Assembly (NCBI GenBank): GCA_030704615.1
Contig: CM060734.1
Coordinates: forward strand, 60,884,001-60,948,000
Direction of reading: 5' to 3'
DNA: 64,000 bases
Source: Takakia lepidozioides
Lineage: Eukaryota; Plantae; Bryophyta
The notes under the pieces are model-generated. The model was not told where the DNA came from. It was given only the letters and a program-made list of their open reading frames with translations, and ran no database searches. The number at the start of each line of letters is the position of its first letter. The first letter of the stretch is position 1. Of this stretch, positions 23,109-34,399 are shown piece after piece. The translations under genes were made by a program, and so were the position numbers.

Positions 23109-26100
23109 GAAATGAAATGAAATGGTGCTTTATAACGTCCGCGGAAAGCTTGTAGAGCTTATGGGACAAAATGGAAGAACTTGAGAGAGGAACAAATCCA
23201 GAAACCACTAATGTAATGTTCTAGCGATTGTCTAAGGGTGAAGGCCTCGTGTAGGTAGGCTGCCAAGCATTTTGATCCTCATAGTGAAAGACATCAGTGA
23301 GAGTTTTGGGTTCCACTGAATAAACAGTGGAATCTCCCACGGATCTCGTAGTATATAGAGGGCAGTAGAAGAAGAAGAAGTGTTCTTCAGTTTCAATTTC
23401 ATTGCTGCGCCCTATGCAAGCTGGACATAGGCGGTCCTCTCGTTGCATGTTTTCCCATCTGCCAGTCTCTATCCGTAGGTTGTGGGAACCCACCCTGAAC
23501 CGCCCCAATGCCCTCAAGAGGGAAGGAGATAAGGGTGCTGAAAGGTAATTTGGTCTCAAGATTCTATCATCCGGCGGACACCAAGAATGTCTCTCGATAG
23601 AAGTGGAGCTTTGTCGTGAGATTGGGTAGCATCCAAGTTCTCTTGACGTGTAATTCCATAAGCTCTCTCCGAATGAGTCTGTTGCGGTCATGTCTGGATG
23701 TGCTGTCCACCTCATCTGGGTTCATTGGTAATAGGAAAGCAGTAGAAAGTCCGTTACGTTGAAATAAACTGTCCACTCGAGCATACCAGGAGTTCCTGAA
23801 ACCTGCAGCTTTGACCTCATAGATGTTGTGAGGGCCCTAGCCACTAGCCCTATGGGTGGAAGGCCTGCAATCTATGGAGAAAGATTGTAAGCCTGAAGAG
23901 GCCTCGGATTGCAATGGTACACATGCGAACTCTGCACCTAGAATCTGAGATGGAGTTGTGCTCTTGGCGCCAAGCATTGCTTGGGAGAAAGAGACTATAA
24001 TGGTTCCAAATTCTTTTCCCACTAGGAGACACGGACACCAGTGCCCAGAACTCACAACCATAGATGGTAGCAGGACTGACGACGGTGTCAAACAGCCACT
24101 TTTTGGTCGGGGGATGCCGTAGATGTATTTGCTTGCATTTGGCCTGAAGGCGGACGGAGCCGCCTTACCTTTAGTCAACTTGTCCAAGGCAGTGGCTGCA
24201 AAGTGAAACTTGGTGGAGTGGATAACCAGACCAAGGTACCGGTATGATTTCACAATCTCAATTTCCTGCTGCTTGAAGATGAATCTACGATCCCCTGGCC
24301 ATTGAAGACCATATCTTGGTCTTGCTAAGATTGACCTGCATCCCATAGTCTTTGCAGAACTGTTCAAAAATTTGAGATGGCGTTGCAGAAGACCGGATTG
24401 GTGCCAAAAGGGCAACATCATCAGCATAGAGCAGATCTGATTGGTTGGTCCCCCATCCAATGGGACCCCAACCCCATGGTTTTTTGATATGTAATTCTCC
24501 AACGCGTCATGTAGATCCCGAACAGGGTAGGTGAAAGGGGGTAGCCCTGTTTGACTCCAATGTTGTTGTGGGATCTCGGCTGAGAATTCCCAGCCAACGT
24601 TGACCATGCCAGTGACAATCTCATACATAGAAGAGATGGACAAGGATGTCTGGAGGGACTTCCACTCTATGGAGCCGTTGGAAAAAGGTCTCGAGGACTG
24701 AATCAAAGGCTTTGTGAAAGTCCACGAAGCAAACATAGACCATTCTTTTGTGATAGCGTGCACTTTCCACCATAACTTGAAGAATGAAGATGTGGTCAAT
24801 AGTGGATCGGTTTCGACGGAAACCAACCTGTCCCTCAGCATGAATGCGAGAGTACTCAGCCCAATCATCCAGTTTCCATAGCCACTACTGCCCCAAACAG
24901 TTTAGCAAGTAATGAGGGCACCATGATAGTACGATTTTGTCGGTGCGAGCCTGTCACCGCTCTTAAAAAGTGGGTGATGATGCTCTTTGTCCACTCTGTT
25001 GGGAAGCCCGTTGCAACACCACTCATTGAAGAGGTTAGCTATAAAGGGGCTAAAGTAGGTGCAGCATGCTTGATGAATTCACTCTGAAGTCCTGAAATGT
25101 CCACCGCTCTGCCATTTTGCAGCTTCTTAATTGCCTTACTGACATTGGCTGTAGTAAAGAGAGAGAAGTGAAGGGGTTTAGAGGTTATAGGAGAAGGAGT
25201 TTGGGTTGGGGAATGGTACAAAGACTGGCTACTCATGCCCAGACATGAATGTCAGTGATTGGGGGGGATTTCTAATGAGGTTTTAAGGAGGGACCAAAAA
25301 GATCGAGAGAAAATCTGATTTTAGCAAGGAAAAAAGATTGCAACTTGATAGTGTAGGCTTGCTTTTTGGATCTAATGAGGGACTTATAGTGCTTAAGAGC
25401 AAGATTATAGTGACTCTGGAGAAGAATTGGTATCAAGTAGTAAAATTTGATGGACGTCTAGCAGTCTTGCTTCCTCATCATAAAATGGTGCGTAACGACG
25501 AGTGGAGAAGGGTGAAGAGGTAGATGGAAGGGTGACGGGAAATGATCGCAAGGCTGAGTCCCAAAGGGCTTGAGTAAGATGTGTAGCCTTGTCGTTAGAA
25601 GATGATAGATGTAGAATGGAAGGAGGGTTACGCTAGGTATGTTTCATACTCGACGTCGTGTAAGTGAGAGAAAGGGGTATTAAAGTGGATACGTGGGTAT
25701 AAGGGAAGAGACGCAGAGGGGATCCTCACGGGGAGGAGATGGAAGGAAATGCAAAGGAAAGGCAAAGTGATCAGAATCTGGGTACCTCGTGATGTAAGAA
25801 GCTTATCTATCAGGCTTGTTGGGGCTCCCCAAGAGATAGTCAACCACGATTTGGCCCTTGTACGTGTTGCAAGTGAATTGGCTGGAGGATTTGAAGTTGG
25901 TTGTTCCATTGTAAATGGACAGCCCCTGAGTTTCACAAAACTTGAGTAGATGGTGACCGTAACTTGTGATTTCGCAAGAGGAATCTGCACTTTGCCTCTC
26001 CAATTCCGTATGCGAGCATTGATGTATAGAGGATCTGTGTGGTCGAAGGGGGGGCCTGTAGTGATCCTGACGGGCGTTGAAATCTCCAACCAAGAAAATG

Positions 26101-27862
26101 TCCGTTTGTGGGGTACGGAGACGGCCATATCGTCTTCCAATGGAACATATGTGAATCTGTTCGAATATATAGGCCGTTGTGCGGAGATGCGGCCGGAGCA
26201 AAATAACATCCCGCCAGCAGGATGTTGTAGCCTTTGATGTGACACCAAATGTACCTTGCCAGTGGGTCTTTGTATGGGAAGGAGATAAGTGGGAGAAGCC
26301 AAAGTAACAAGCCACACCTCCAGATCCTTTGAGACCTGTACGTGGACGAATCACTGACTGAAAGCTATACCCGAGAATAAAAGGGGGTCATTTCCTTCAT
26401 ACGCATGAGTTTCCAAAAGAAACGAACATCACACTTGGAAAGATATCTAAAGCCCTTGAGGGTGCTCCCACAACGAGCCATTATAGTTCCATGAGCCAAT
26501 GTGTAGATGTGAGCGTGCGTTGGTCTCATGGTGCCCCAACCCCTATTTAGAGCTAGAGGGCGACGTTCGTGCTCCCGGACAATTACCCTCCCATCTCGAT
26601 ACACGCATAGTGCCCTTGAGCTCGAGCTTGCTTAACCTGCAAGAGTTGCCGCCCGCATGGCGTTGTATTGCAAAGGGTCAAGTCATCGTTGAGGTACATA
26701 CCCGACCTCTCAATTGAGGCCTCTGCCTGAGGACTCTATCCCGAGCACCTTTGTCCTTGAATCTAATGAAGAGGACTTTGTGCTCTGAAGATCCTGCACG
26801 CCAAGCCCTTTCAATGCCACTCGCACCCCGTGGGAGAGCAAGGTTTTGCTGAATAAGGCTGGTGACAGAGTCAAGAGGGTTCCCCCCAGCAAGGCCCCCT
26901 AGCTTCCCAGTGACCCTGATGTTAAGGGCTTTGAAAGCCCGTTGCTGTTCCTCTCGCAAGGTAGCCGAGACTGTCTCCTCCAAAGAGTGAGGACTGTTGT
27001 TGGATGTGCTCCCCTTAACTATATTAGCCCAGGAGGAGGCCTCTGCCTTGTGAGCTTGGAGCTCCCGAGCCATTGTAGACGTCGCAATTCTGTGTGTTTC
27101 CAGCTCTTTGCTAAGGGATTCCACCTGCAGGTGGATGCTTGTTGTGAGGGGATCTGGGAGGCTCTTCTCTGTGAAGGTCTTCACTTTGCCTTCAAGTTTT
27201 GAAAGACGCATATGTGTGGATTTGTCATTGAGATGTTTCGCCAGACCTTGAAGTTTGCTAGTGCACTCCTGAAGAGAGGCCCGCAAAACGCTATCCTGAA
27301 CTCGCATATTGTTCTCCAAGTCTGTGTATCTGTCTGTCATGCGCTTCTGCCAATCTTTGTCCAAGGAATCCATGCGCTTTTCCCAATTTTTGTTAAGGGA
27401 AGGCATCCACGTCCCCCAGTCTTTGTCTAGGGAAGCCAACCGCTCCTCCGTGTCATTGTCACGGGCGGCGAGCACTTGCTGCAGAGTCCGAGATGCATTT
27501 CGTTCGTAAGATGGAGATTTGGTCCCCAAGCGTTTGAACATCATCACTCTTTGTGGAGTACTGACACAAAAGAGAGGCTTGATGAGAGACAAGGGTAGGA
27601 AGAAGAAGCATAGGGGAATAGGTCGAGGTGAGGGAGACGGGTAGTCTACCTCGTCGGCAGCCGTCCTTTGGCGTTTGGACGTCATGGTGTGGTGGAGATG
27701 GCGCTAGCGCGCCAACGCCGACGCGCGAGCGCCGACGTGCTGCCGCGCGCGAGAGAGAGAAAAACGAGAGAAACGAAAGTAAGAAAGGAGAGAGAGAGTA
27801 AGCAAGCAAGAAGAAAGTAAGCAAGAAGTCAATGGTGCTTCATGACGTCCTTGGGCAAGCTC
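23109..27862 (-). mobile_element. Full-length non-LTR retrotransposon (RTEX/RTE-like LINE) with (CATTT)n tail; ORF2 frameshifted
   Basis: ORF1 26678-27685. APE endonuclease (IFLVGDFNAR, VVDYLL, ~25750-26560). RT (GVKQGYPLSPTLF, LLYADDVA at ~24411-24434). C-terminal LRIETGRW..RLCPAC..ETEEHF..CPLY. Tail at 23109-23125. Short TSD/microhomology CAGA. Clade assignment is inferred. Confidence 0.88.
26678..27685 (-). CDS. LINE ORF1 protein (coiled coil plus NIRVTG-type RNA-binding region), 335 aa as read; C-terminus possibly frameshifted
   Basis: Long ORF upstream of APE-RT. Heptad-rich SLDKDW..RM repeats and the LNIRVTG..IERAWRAG..LFIRF motif typical of LINE ORF1. Confidence 0.7.
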   Translation of the reverse strand: MTSKRQRTAADEVDYPSPSPRPIPLCFFFLPLSLIKPLFCVSTPQRVMMFKRLGTKSPSYERNASRTLQQVLAARDNDTEERLASLDKDWGTWMPSLNKNWEKRMDSLDKDWQKRMTDRYTDLENNMRVQDSVLRASLQECTSKLQGLAKHLNDKSTHMRLSKLEGKVKTFTEKSLPDPLTTSIHLQVESLSKELETHRIATSTMARELQAHKAEASSWANIVKGSTSNNSPHSLEETVSATLREEQQRAFKALNIRVTGKLGGLAGGNPLDSVTSLIQQNLALPRGASGIERAWRAGSSEHKVLFIRFKDKGARDRVLRQRPQLRGRVCTSTMT

Positions 27863-30234
27863 CAGAGGAAGCAGAATCGAACAAGCTCGCTGCACCAACT
27901 GCAGTGTCAAAGGGAGGGTACGTGAAGAAGAGCATGAGCTACATCATCACGGACGATCTGGAAATCACCCCATCGAGTACAATAACCACTATTGTACTGC
28001 TCAACAAGCTCAAGGTGGAGAGGATGGCTGAGCTTGAGAGTTGCGAGGCCCTTGTTGGTTTGGACGAGGTACTATATCCACTATGGGATGAAGATTTTCT
28101 GCTGTTCAAAGAACAGTCACAGCTCCATTTAATGTAGGAAAAAACTCTATGAAGGTAACTCTACCTTCTAAAGGGAGTTTAGATGTGTGTAGACCTGGGC
28201 TGGGGTTAAATGCTTGCATCTGGAACGATTTGATGGTTTATCGCACACCTTGACAAACTAGCCTCAGAGTTTCCTTATGTTTCGTTGCTATGCTTTGCAG
28301 GTAATCCAGTTATTGAAGGCTTCTTTGACGACCAACAGCGCATTGAACGAAGTGTTCGGGAAGATCTAGGCAAAACCCATGTACGTTGATGGTCCAGAGG
28401 ATTTGATTTTTCAGTTTTCAAGCATGGTAACTGGTCAAGGGACGAAGTTCTGAATCGAGACTAAGATCTACAGATGATCAACATATTTTGCAGAACTACA
28501 TTTCACTGTAGATACGTGATTACTATGACTACTATCCACACAGTCACCGATCGAGTGAGAAGGTTTTGCTTAGTGTTGTTATGCAAAACAGAAACTTTTT
28601 TGTCAACTCTGTGTCCAGATGTTGTTCCATTGATCTATCCTGTGAAAACATTTCAAATGTGTTTTGTTTCAACAAAGTTTCAGGATTATATAACATTGTT
28701 GTTAGCAACAAAAGTTGAAGCAAGTGACATCTGCAAAGCATCTTTCGTGCCCACAATGAGATAAGAAAAGCCCATGGATCCAGTAAAATTCACTACGCTG
28801 TTGTTGTCTTGACTTGAAAGAAAAATGCACTACCCAGACTTAGTAGATATTGATATTGATACTCGAATTCATGAGATCAATGTCCACACCTTGCACAATT
28901 TGACCAGAGTTGGTCGTCACGCTGGGCTTCCAGCATTTTTATGTAGGCGAGGCTCCAGCTCAGTAGCTCCTCCCTGCTCTCCATAGAAAATTTGACAAGA
29001 GTTGCTATGTTCCGAGAGGGAGGGGACAGATCCGACTCCAGCCATGTCTCCAGCCCAGATCATGGGTGTCGATCGAGGACGAAGCATTGCGGGGCCAGCA
29101 CCTTGGCCACAATCAAAAGTTTTGGGCACCATGTCACGGTATCTGCAATCTCGGCATTTTTTGGGTGTTCAGTAGATATAAGCACCCGTGCTCAAGTTAT
29201 GCGGTGTGTCATGTGTCATTCAGTAGCACAAGAGCAAATGGCACACAGCACTACACGATCTAGAAAGGGTATTGTGACCTTCAGTCCGTTACATGGCATC
29301 ACTGCCACGAATAAACGTGACCAAAGAGCATGCCGAGAAGAAACCCTAACCAGTTCTTAGACAACAACCACGATTCGAAATCCAATCATGGCTGCCCTGC
29401 CGTTGATGGGTTCCTATACTTCCCAGGTGATTCCGCCTGAAAATTGTAGGGCTCCCTTCATTTTCCGTTGCAGTAGGTACTTGTACATGACTGATTCGTT
29501 TGCAGGCAATTCACTAAGGAGAATGAGCTTTCGGATGGCAACAACGGGCCATACACCACCAGTTTTCCTTCATGTACTTCAATCTCCACGGTCCCAACCG
29601 CAGGTTGAGGATCCATATTTTCTTCTGTTTCCAAGGTTTAGCCGGAATCTGTCTTCTATCCCCTGCGTCCATGACAGTCTCCTTCAACTCCCTCCCTCTC
29701 TCCTCGGTTGTCTGAGTATTTGTTCCTTTCTCCAATTTCTCTTGTAGCTTGTTGGATATTTCCATCTCTTCCACCTACACCCTCGCCCTGGTCTCATTTC
29801 AAGTACGATCTCACACCACTCTTAGATCGAGTTGATTGCGTCAACACTGATGCCAATCGACAGGAGTCAAGTGCGTCATGGACCATGATAGATCAGTAGC
29901 CGCCAGCTTGCACGAGAAAGTCGTTAACAAGAGAGGAGGTTTCTCAGCGGAGACTAGGGGCTTGCCGGCAGATCCAGCACGAGGCCCGTAAATCCACGTA
30001 AAATGCTGGTGGGGTACCAGATTATATTAGTCACGAGAAGTTGCTGCAAATTGGGACGGAAATTACGTCATGCAAGGTGCGCACTTGTGGTCTCTTCTCA
30101 TACTGTAACACAAAGTGATTTCATCGCATCGCGCGATGTCTCTGGTATTTGTTTCATTTCTAGCACTTCACCTGGGGTGAGACCATGATTTAACGCTTTA
30201 AAACAGAAGTAGACGCTCGAGGCTGATCAATCTC

Positions 30235-30518
30235 TGTTAGAATTAGGAATATCAATTGACGAACTTTCTGGTATATACTCTAGATCTACCAAGAATAGAT
30301 GCGGCTGCTATTAGATAATCTTGAGGGAATAGACATCTCGAGAGAATAGACATCTCTCGGTAGGAGAAAACTAGTAGCTTATATAAATTGAGCTGGGGGG
30401 AGAGGCAAACTATCAATATTTGTACAGACCTCTATGGTTGCCCCCAGGAGAGATTTAGAGTCATATTCTTTCATCCCTGAATTTTAGAAGTATATATGTG
30501 TATGAACATTTTCTGACA
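30235..30518. mobile_element. Solo LTR (284 bp) with TSD ATCTC
   Basis: Termini TGTTAGAA...TTCTGACA. ATCTC at 30230-30234 and 30519-30523. The paralogous site in unit 1 (~17668) has a single ATCTC (empty site). Internal TATATAAA at ~30380. Confidence 0.88.
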
Positions 30519-30598
30519 ATCTCTCAAGCCTGAAAATTTTTGAGAGCTTCGAGAGATCCTGCAGCGCTCGCCCAAGAAGTTTCTGCGCCTATCTTATA

Positions 30599-31962
30599 AT
30601 GGCGACTCATGAGGCGAAAACTGTGAAAGTTACTCTTCTGCGGAGAAGAGTGGGCAAGCAGGTCTTGTACTTGGAAGCACGAAAGGATTTTGTGGACATC
30701 CTCATGAGTTTTTTGACACTGCCTACAGGGGCCATAATCAAGATTCTCTCAACAGGTATGGTTTATGTGCAAATTGGATCTACACCTCTGGTCTTAGATT
30801 CTGATATTGAAGTCAGCAGTCTGTGGACTAATAGTTGTCGACGAGTGATCAGTCGCTATCCTATGCGGAAAACTTTGGGTGAATTGAGCAGCCCTCGACT
30901 TGATAAGTGCTCCAGATGTTTCCTGGAGAGTCAACGAGCCCCACAATGGATAGATGTACCAGAGCCTGTGAGAGTATTTTGAGGAGAATTCCATCATCAT
31001 TTAGTCTGAGGGAAGGTTGAATGTGCTATGACTGGCCAGTTAAATCTTGCAGGTAACTCGTTTAACTCGTTTTAGGGGTGTGGCCTCTGTATTTCCACCC
31101 GAATGTTTTCTGTGCACTGACCTGTTGAGCTATGTGACAAGAATCAGGTCATGCTCCTATGAAGTCCCTTGGAGCCATTGTGAACGTCTTTCGAAGTGTG
31201 GAGAAACTTGAAGAATCATCATTGTATGTGCCAAAGTCCATACTTCTTGATCCGAAGCCTGCTACTGGTTTTTCTTCAAATGTTCTGCGGATAGACTCGG
31301 CATCCACACCGACACACGAGGTGAAATATTATGGATGTAGCTCGGGTCGATATACTTCAGCTTGCTCAGTAGTCGCCACGGACCCATCCATGATGTGCAG
31401 CCAATGCCGTAATCCCATGACCCGTGGAATGATGCTTATAACAAAGGAAGCAGAAACGAACAAGATCGCTGCACCAACTGCAGTGTCATTAAAGGGAGGG
31501 TACGTGAAGAAAAGCATGAGCTACATCATCACGGACGATCTGGAAATTACCCCATCGAGTACAATAACCACTATTGTACTGCTCAACAAGCTCAAGGTGG
31601 AGAGGATGGCTGAGCTTGAGAGTTGCGAGGCCCTTGTTGGGTTGTCCGAGGTACTACCTATATCCACCATGGGATGAAGATTTTCTGCTGTTCAAAGAAC
31701 AGTCATAGCTCCATTAATGTAGGAAAAAATTCTACAATGGTAACTCGACCTTCTAAAGGGAGTTTACATGTGTGTAGACGTATAGACCTGGGCCGGGGTT
31801 AAATTCTTGCATCTGGAACGATTTGATGGCGTATCGCACGCTTTGACAAACTAGCCTCAGAGTTTCCTTATGTTTCGTTGCAATGCTTTGCAGGTAGTCC
31901 AGTTATTGAAGGCTTCTTTGACGACCAGCAGCGCATTGAACGAAGTGTTCGGGAAGATCTAG
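30599..31962 (+). CDS. DUF674-family protein, intact copy 2, 242 aa, 3 exons
   Basis: Exons 30599-30755, 31148-31650 and 31894-31962 with GT-AG junctions and consistent phases (157+503+69 nt). N- and C-terminal DUF674 motifs flank a Cys-rich centre. Confidence 0.9.
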
Positions 31963-34399
31963 GCAAAGCCCATCTACATCGATGGATTTGATTTTTCAGC
32001 TTTCAAGGCTCGGCATGGTATCTGGTCAAGGGATGAATTTCTGAATCGAGACCAAGATCTACAGATGATCAATATACTTTGCAGAATTACATTTCAGATA
32101 CGTGATTACTGTGACTACTATCCACACAGTCACTGAGTGAGAAGGTTTTGCTTAGTGTTATTATCCAAAACAGAATCTTTTTGTTAACTCCGTAGATGTT
32201 GTTCCCATCTACCCAGGTGCGAAAACATTTCAATGTGTTTTGTTTCAACGAATTTGGATTGTATAACATTGTTAGCAACAGAAGTTAGAAGCAAGTGACA
32301 TCTGCAAAGCATCTTTCGTGCCCACAATAAGATAAGAAAAGCCCAATGGATCCAGTCATTGTCACTACACTGTTGTTGTCTTGAATTGAAAGAAAAATGC
32401 ACTACCCAGTCGTAGATATTGATATGGAGCCTCGAATTCAAGAGATCAAATTCCACACCTGGGACGATTTTGACCAGAGTTGGTCGTCAGTCAGCATTTT
32501 TATGTAGGCATCTGTCCCTACTCTCCATACAAAATTTTCAAGACAAGAGTTGCCAGTTTGCGTTCTGAGAGGGAGGGGACAGATGTGACTCCAGCCATGT
32601 CTCCAGCCGAGACCATAGGTGTCGAGGACGAAGCGTTGTGGGGCCAGCACCTTGGCCATCTGCACAACAATCAAAACTTTTGGGCACCATATCACGGTAT
32701 CTGCAATATGGGCTATTCTTTGGTGTTCAAGTAGATAACACCCGTGCTCAAGTTATGCGGTGGGTCATCCATGCAGTAGCACGAGCAAATGACACATAGC
32801 ACTACACGATCTAGAAAGGGAATTGTAACCTTCAGTCCGTTACATGGCATTACTGCCACCAATAGACGTGACTAAAGAGCATGCCGAGAAGAAACCCTAA
32901 CCAGTTCTTAGACAACAACCATGATTCAAAATCCAATCATGGCTGCCCTCCCGTTGATGGGTTCCTAGACTTCGTCTATCGGTTTTTGTTTCCAGGTGAC
33001 TCCGCCTGAAATTTGTAGGCGTTGAATACTAAACTTGGGTTGGTTCCCTTCATTTTCCGTTGCAGTACGTTGTACATTACTTGATTCGTCTGCAAGCAAT
33101 GCACTAGGGAGAATAACATCCCTTTCGGATGGCAACAGCGGGCCATACACCACCTGTTTTACTTCATGTATTTCAATCTCCCCGGTCACAACCGCAGGTT
33201 GAGGATCAATATTTTGTTCTGTTTCCAAGGTAAATTAGCCGGAATCTGTCTCCTATCGCCTGCGTCCATGACAGCCTCCTTCAACTCCCTCCCTCTCTCC
33301 TCGGAAGCCTGACTATTTGTTCCTTTCTCCAATTATCTTGTAGCTTGTTGGATATTTCCATCTCTTCCACCGCCCTACTCGTCCAACCACCTACTCTCCA
33401 CTCTTCCAGGTCTCATTTCATTCCCAAGTACGATCTCCCACTACTCTTACATCGAACCGATTGCGTCAACATTGATGCCAATGTGAAATGCACTTCCAGT
33501 TCTACCCACTTTTTCATGTAAAGCCATTCCTACTCCATCGCACCGATTGCGTGAACGCCGAGGCCAGTTTGTAGCTCTCTGAGCATGTACATCAGTACCT
33601 TCCTACCCTATAATGCACTCGATATTCCACCACTTTCTTCACGTCTGGTGTACTCTCATTGTGCACTCCCTCACAACACAGATGAAATCAGCTGTTTCAA
33701 ATCAGTTCTGCTTCTTCCAAACCTCGAGAACCTGTTGAGCGGCCGGCCAAAAGACTTCCACACAAAGAGAGAGACCGCGACCGAGAGAGAGAGAGAAGAG
33801 AGAGATTCATTCATGCTGTCGAGTTCATCCATAGTTGGACGAATGTCGCCCCTGAGGCTCCAAGATAGGATTCATCCGTTTCTAGCCAACGGTCCATACG
33901 TCCATACCATGTACATGCCCATCATGACCATGCATAGGCATGGTCACGATGGGCACACAACTGGCCAACACAATCACACCACGTTGAGCACCACGCGTCC
34001 TTTTCGAATGCCGCGTGTCACAATAGCAGGGCTTGGAGGGTCATGCTAGCACTAATCTTCTATTTTTTGCCGCAATTCTCTAAAACCGCGGCTGCGAAAG
34101 TTGACCCCGAAAACATGCCACGCGGTCCATTCCACCACCGCGGGCGGAACCCTAAACCCCAGACGTCAACCGCGCGGATCACATTTCAGCCGCGCAGTGC
34201 TCCGAAGTCATTTTGAATCTTCAAAGAAAAACTTGTCTTGCTGTAGCAACGAGCGCCTGGATTGCGCCCGAGGAGACACAGGCTCTCGGAATTTGTGAAG
34301 ATTGAGCTGGGAAGAATCGCTGAATTGGATCGACACATGGGACCTCGGATGCCAGCATTGGAGGTGTAGTTCTGGTGCAGGAATTGCAAGTAGGGCAAC

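Larger units (their letters stand above)
17754..28369 (+). pseudogene. DUF674-family gene copy 1, exon 2 disrupted by a copia and a LINE
   Basis: Exon 1 17754-17910; exon 2 in three pieces 18513-18841, 23082-23108 and 27865-28068; exon 3 28301-28369. Removing both TEs restores one frame (..CPCGNS|KIRKMMLIT|EEAESNK..) collinear with copy 2. DUF674 motifs: VLYLEARKDFVDILMSFLTLPTGAII and GGYVK....YIITDDLEITP. Confidence 0.9.
17389..33482 (+). repeat. Head-to-tail segmental duplication: unit 1 17389-29857 (inflated by two TE insertions), unit 2 29855-33482
   Basis: gacag..gtcaagtgcgtcatgg.ccatgatagatcagtagccgccagcttgcacga starts both units; gattgcgtcaaca.tgatgccaat ends both. Introns and flanks are collinear. 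Confidence 0.92.

Noticed and set aside
8046-33482. Terpene biosynthetic gene cluster
   Set aside because: No P450, prenyltransferase or other tailoring enzyme is visible near the MTPSL, and nothing links DUF674 to it functionally.
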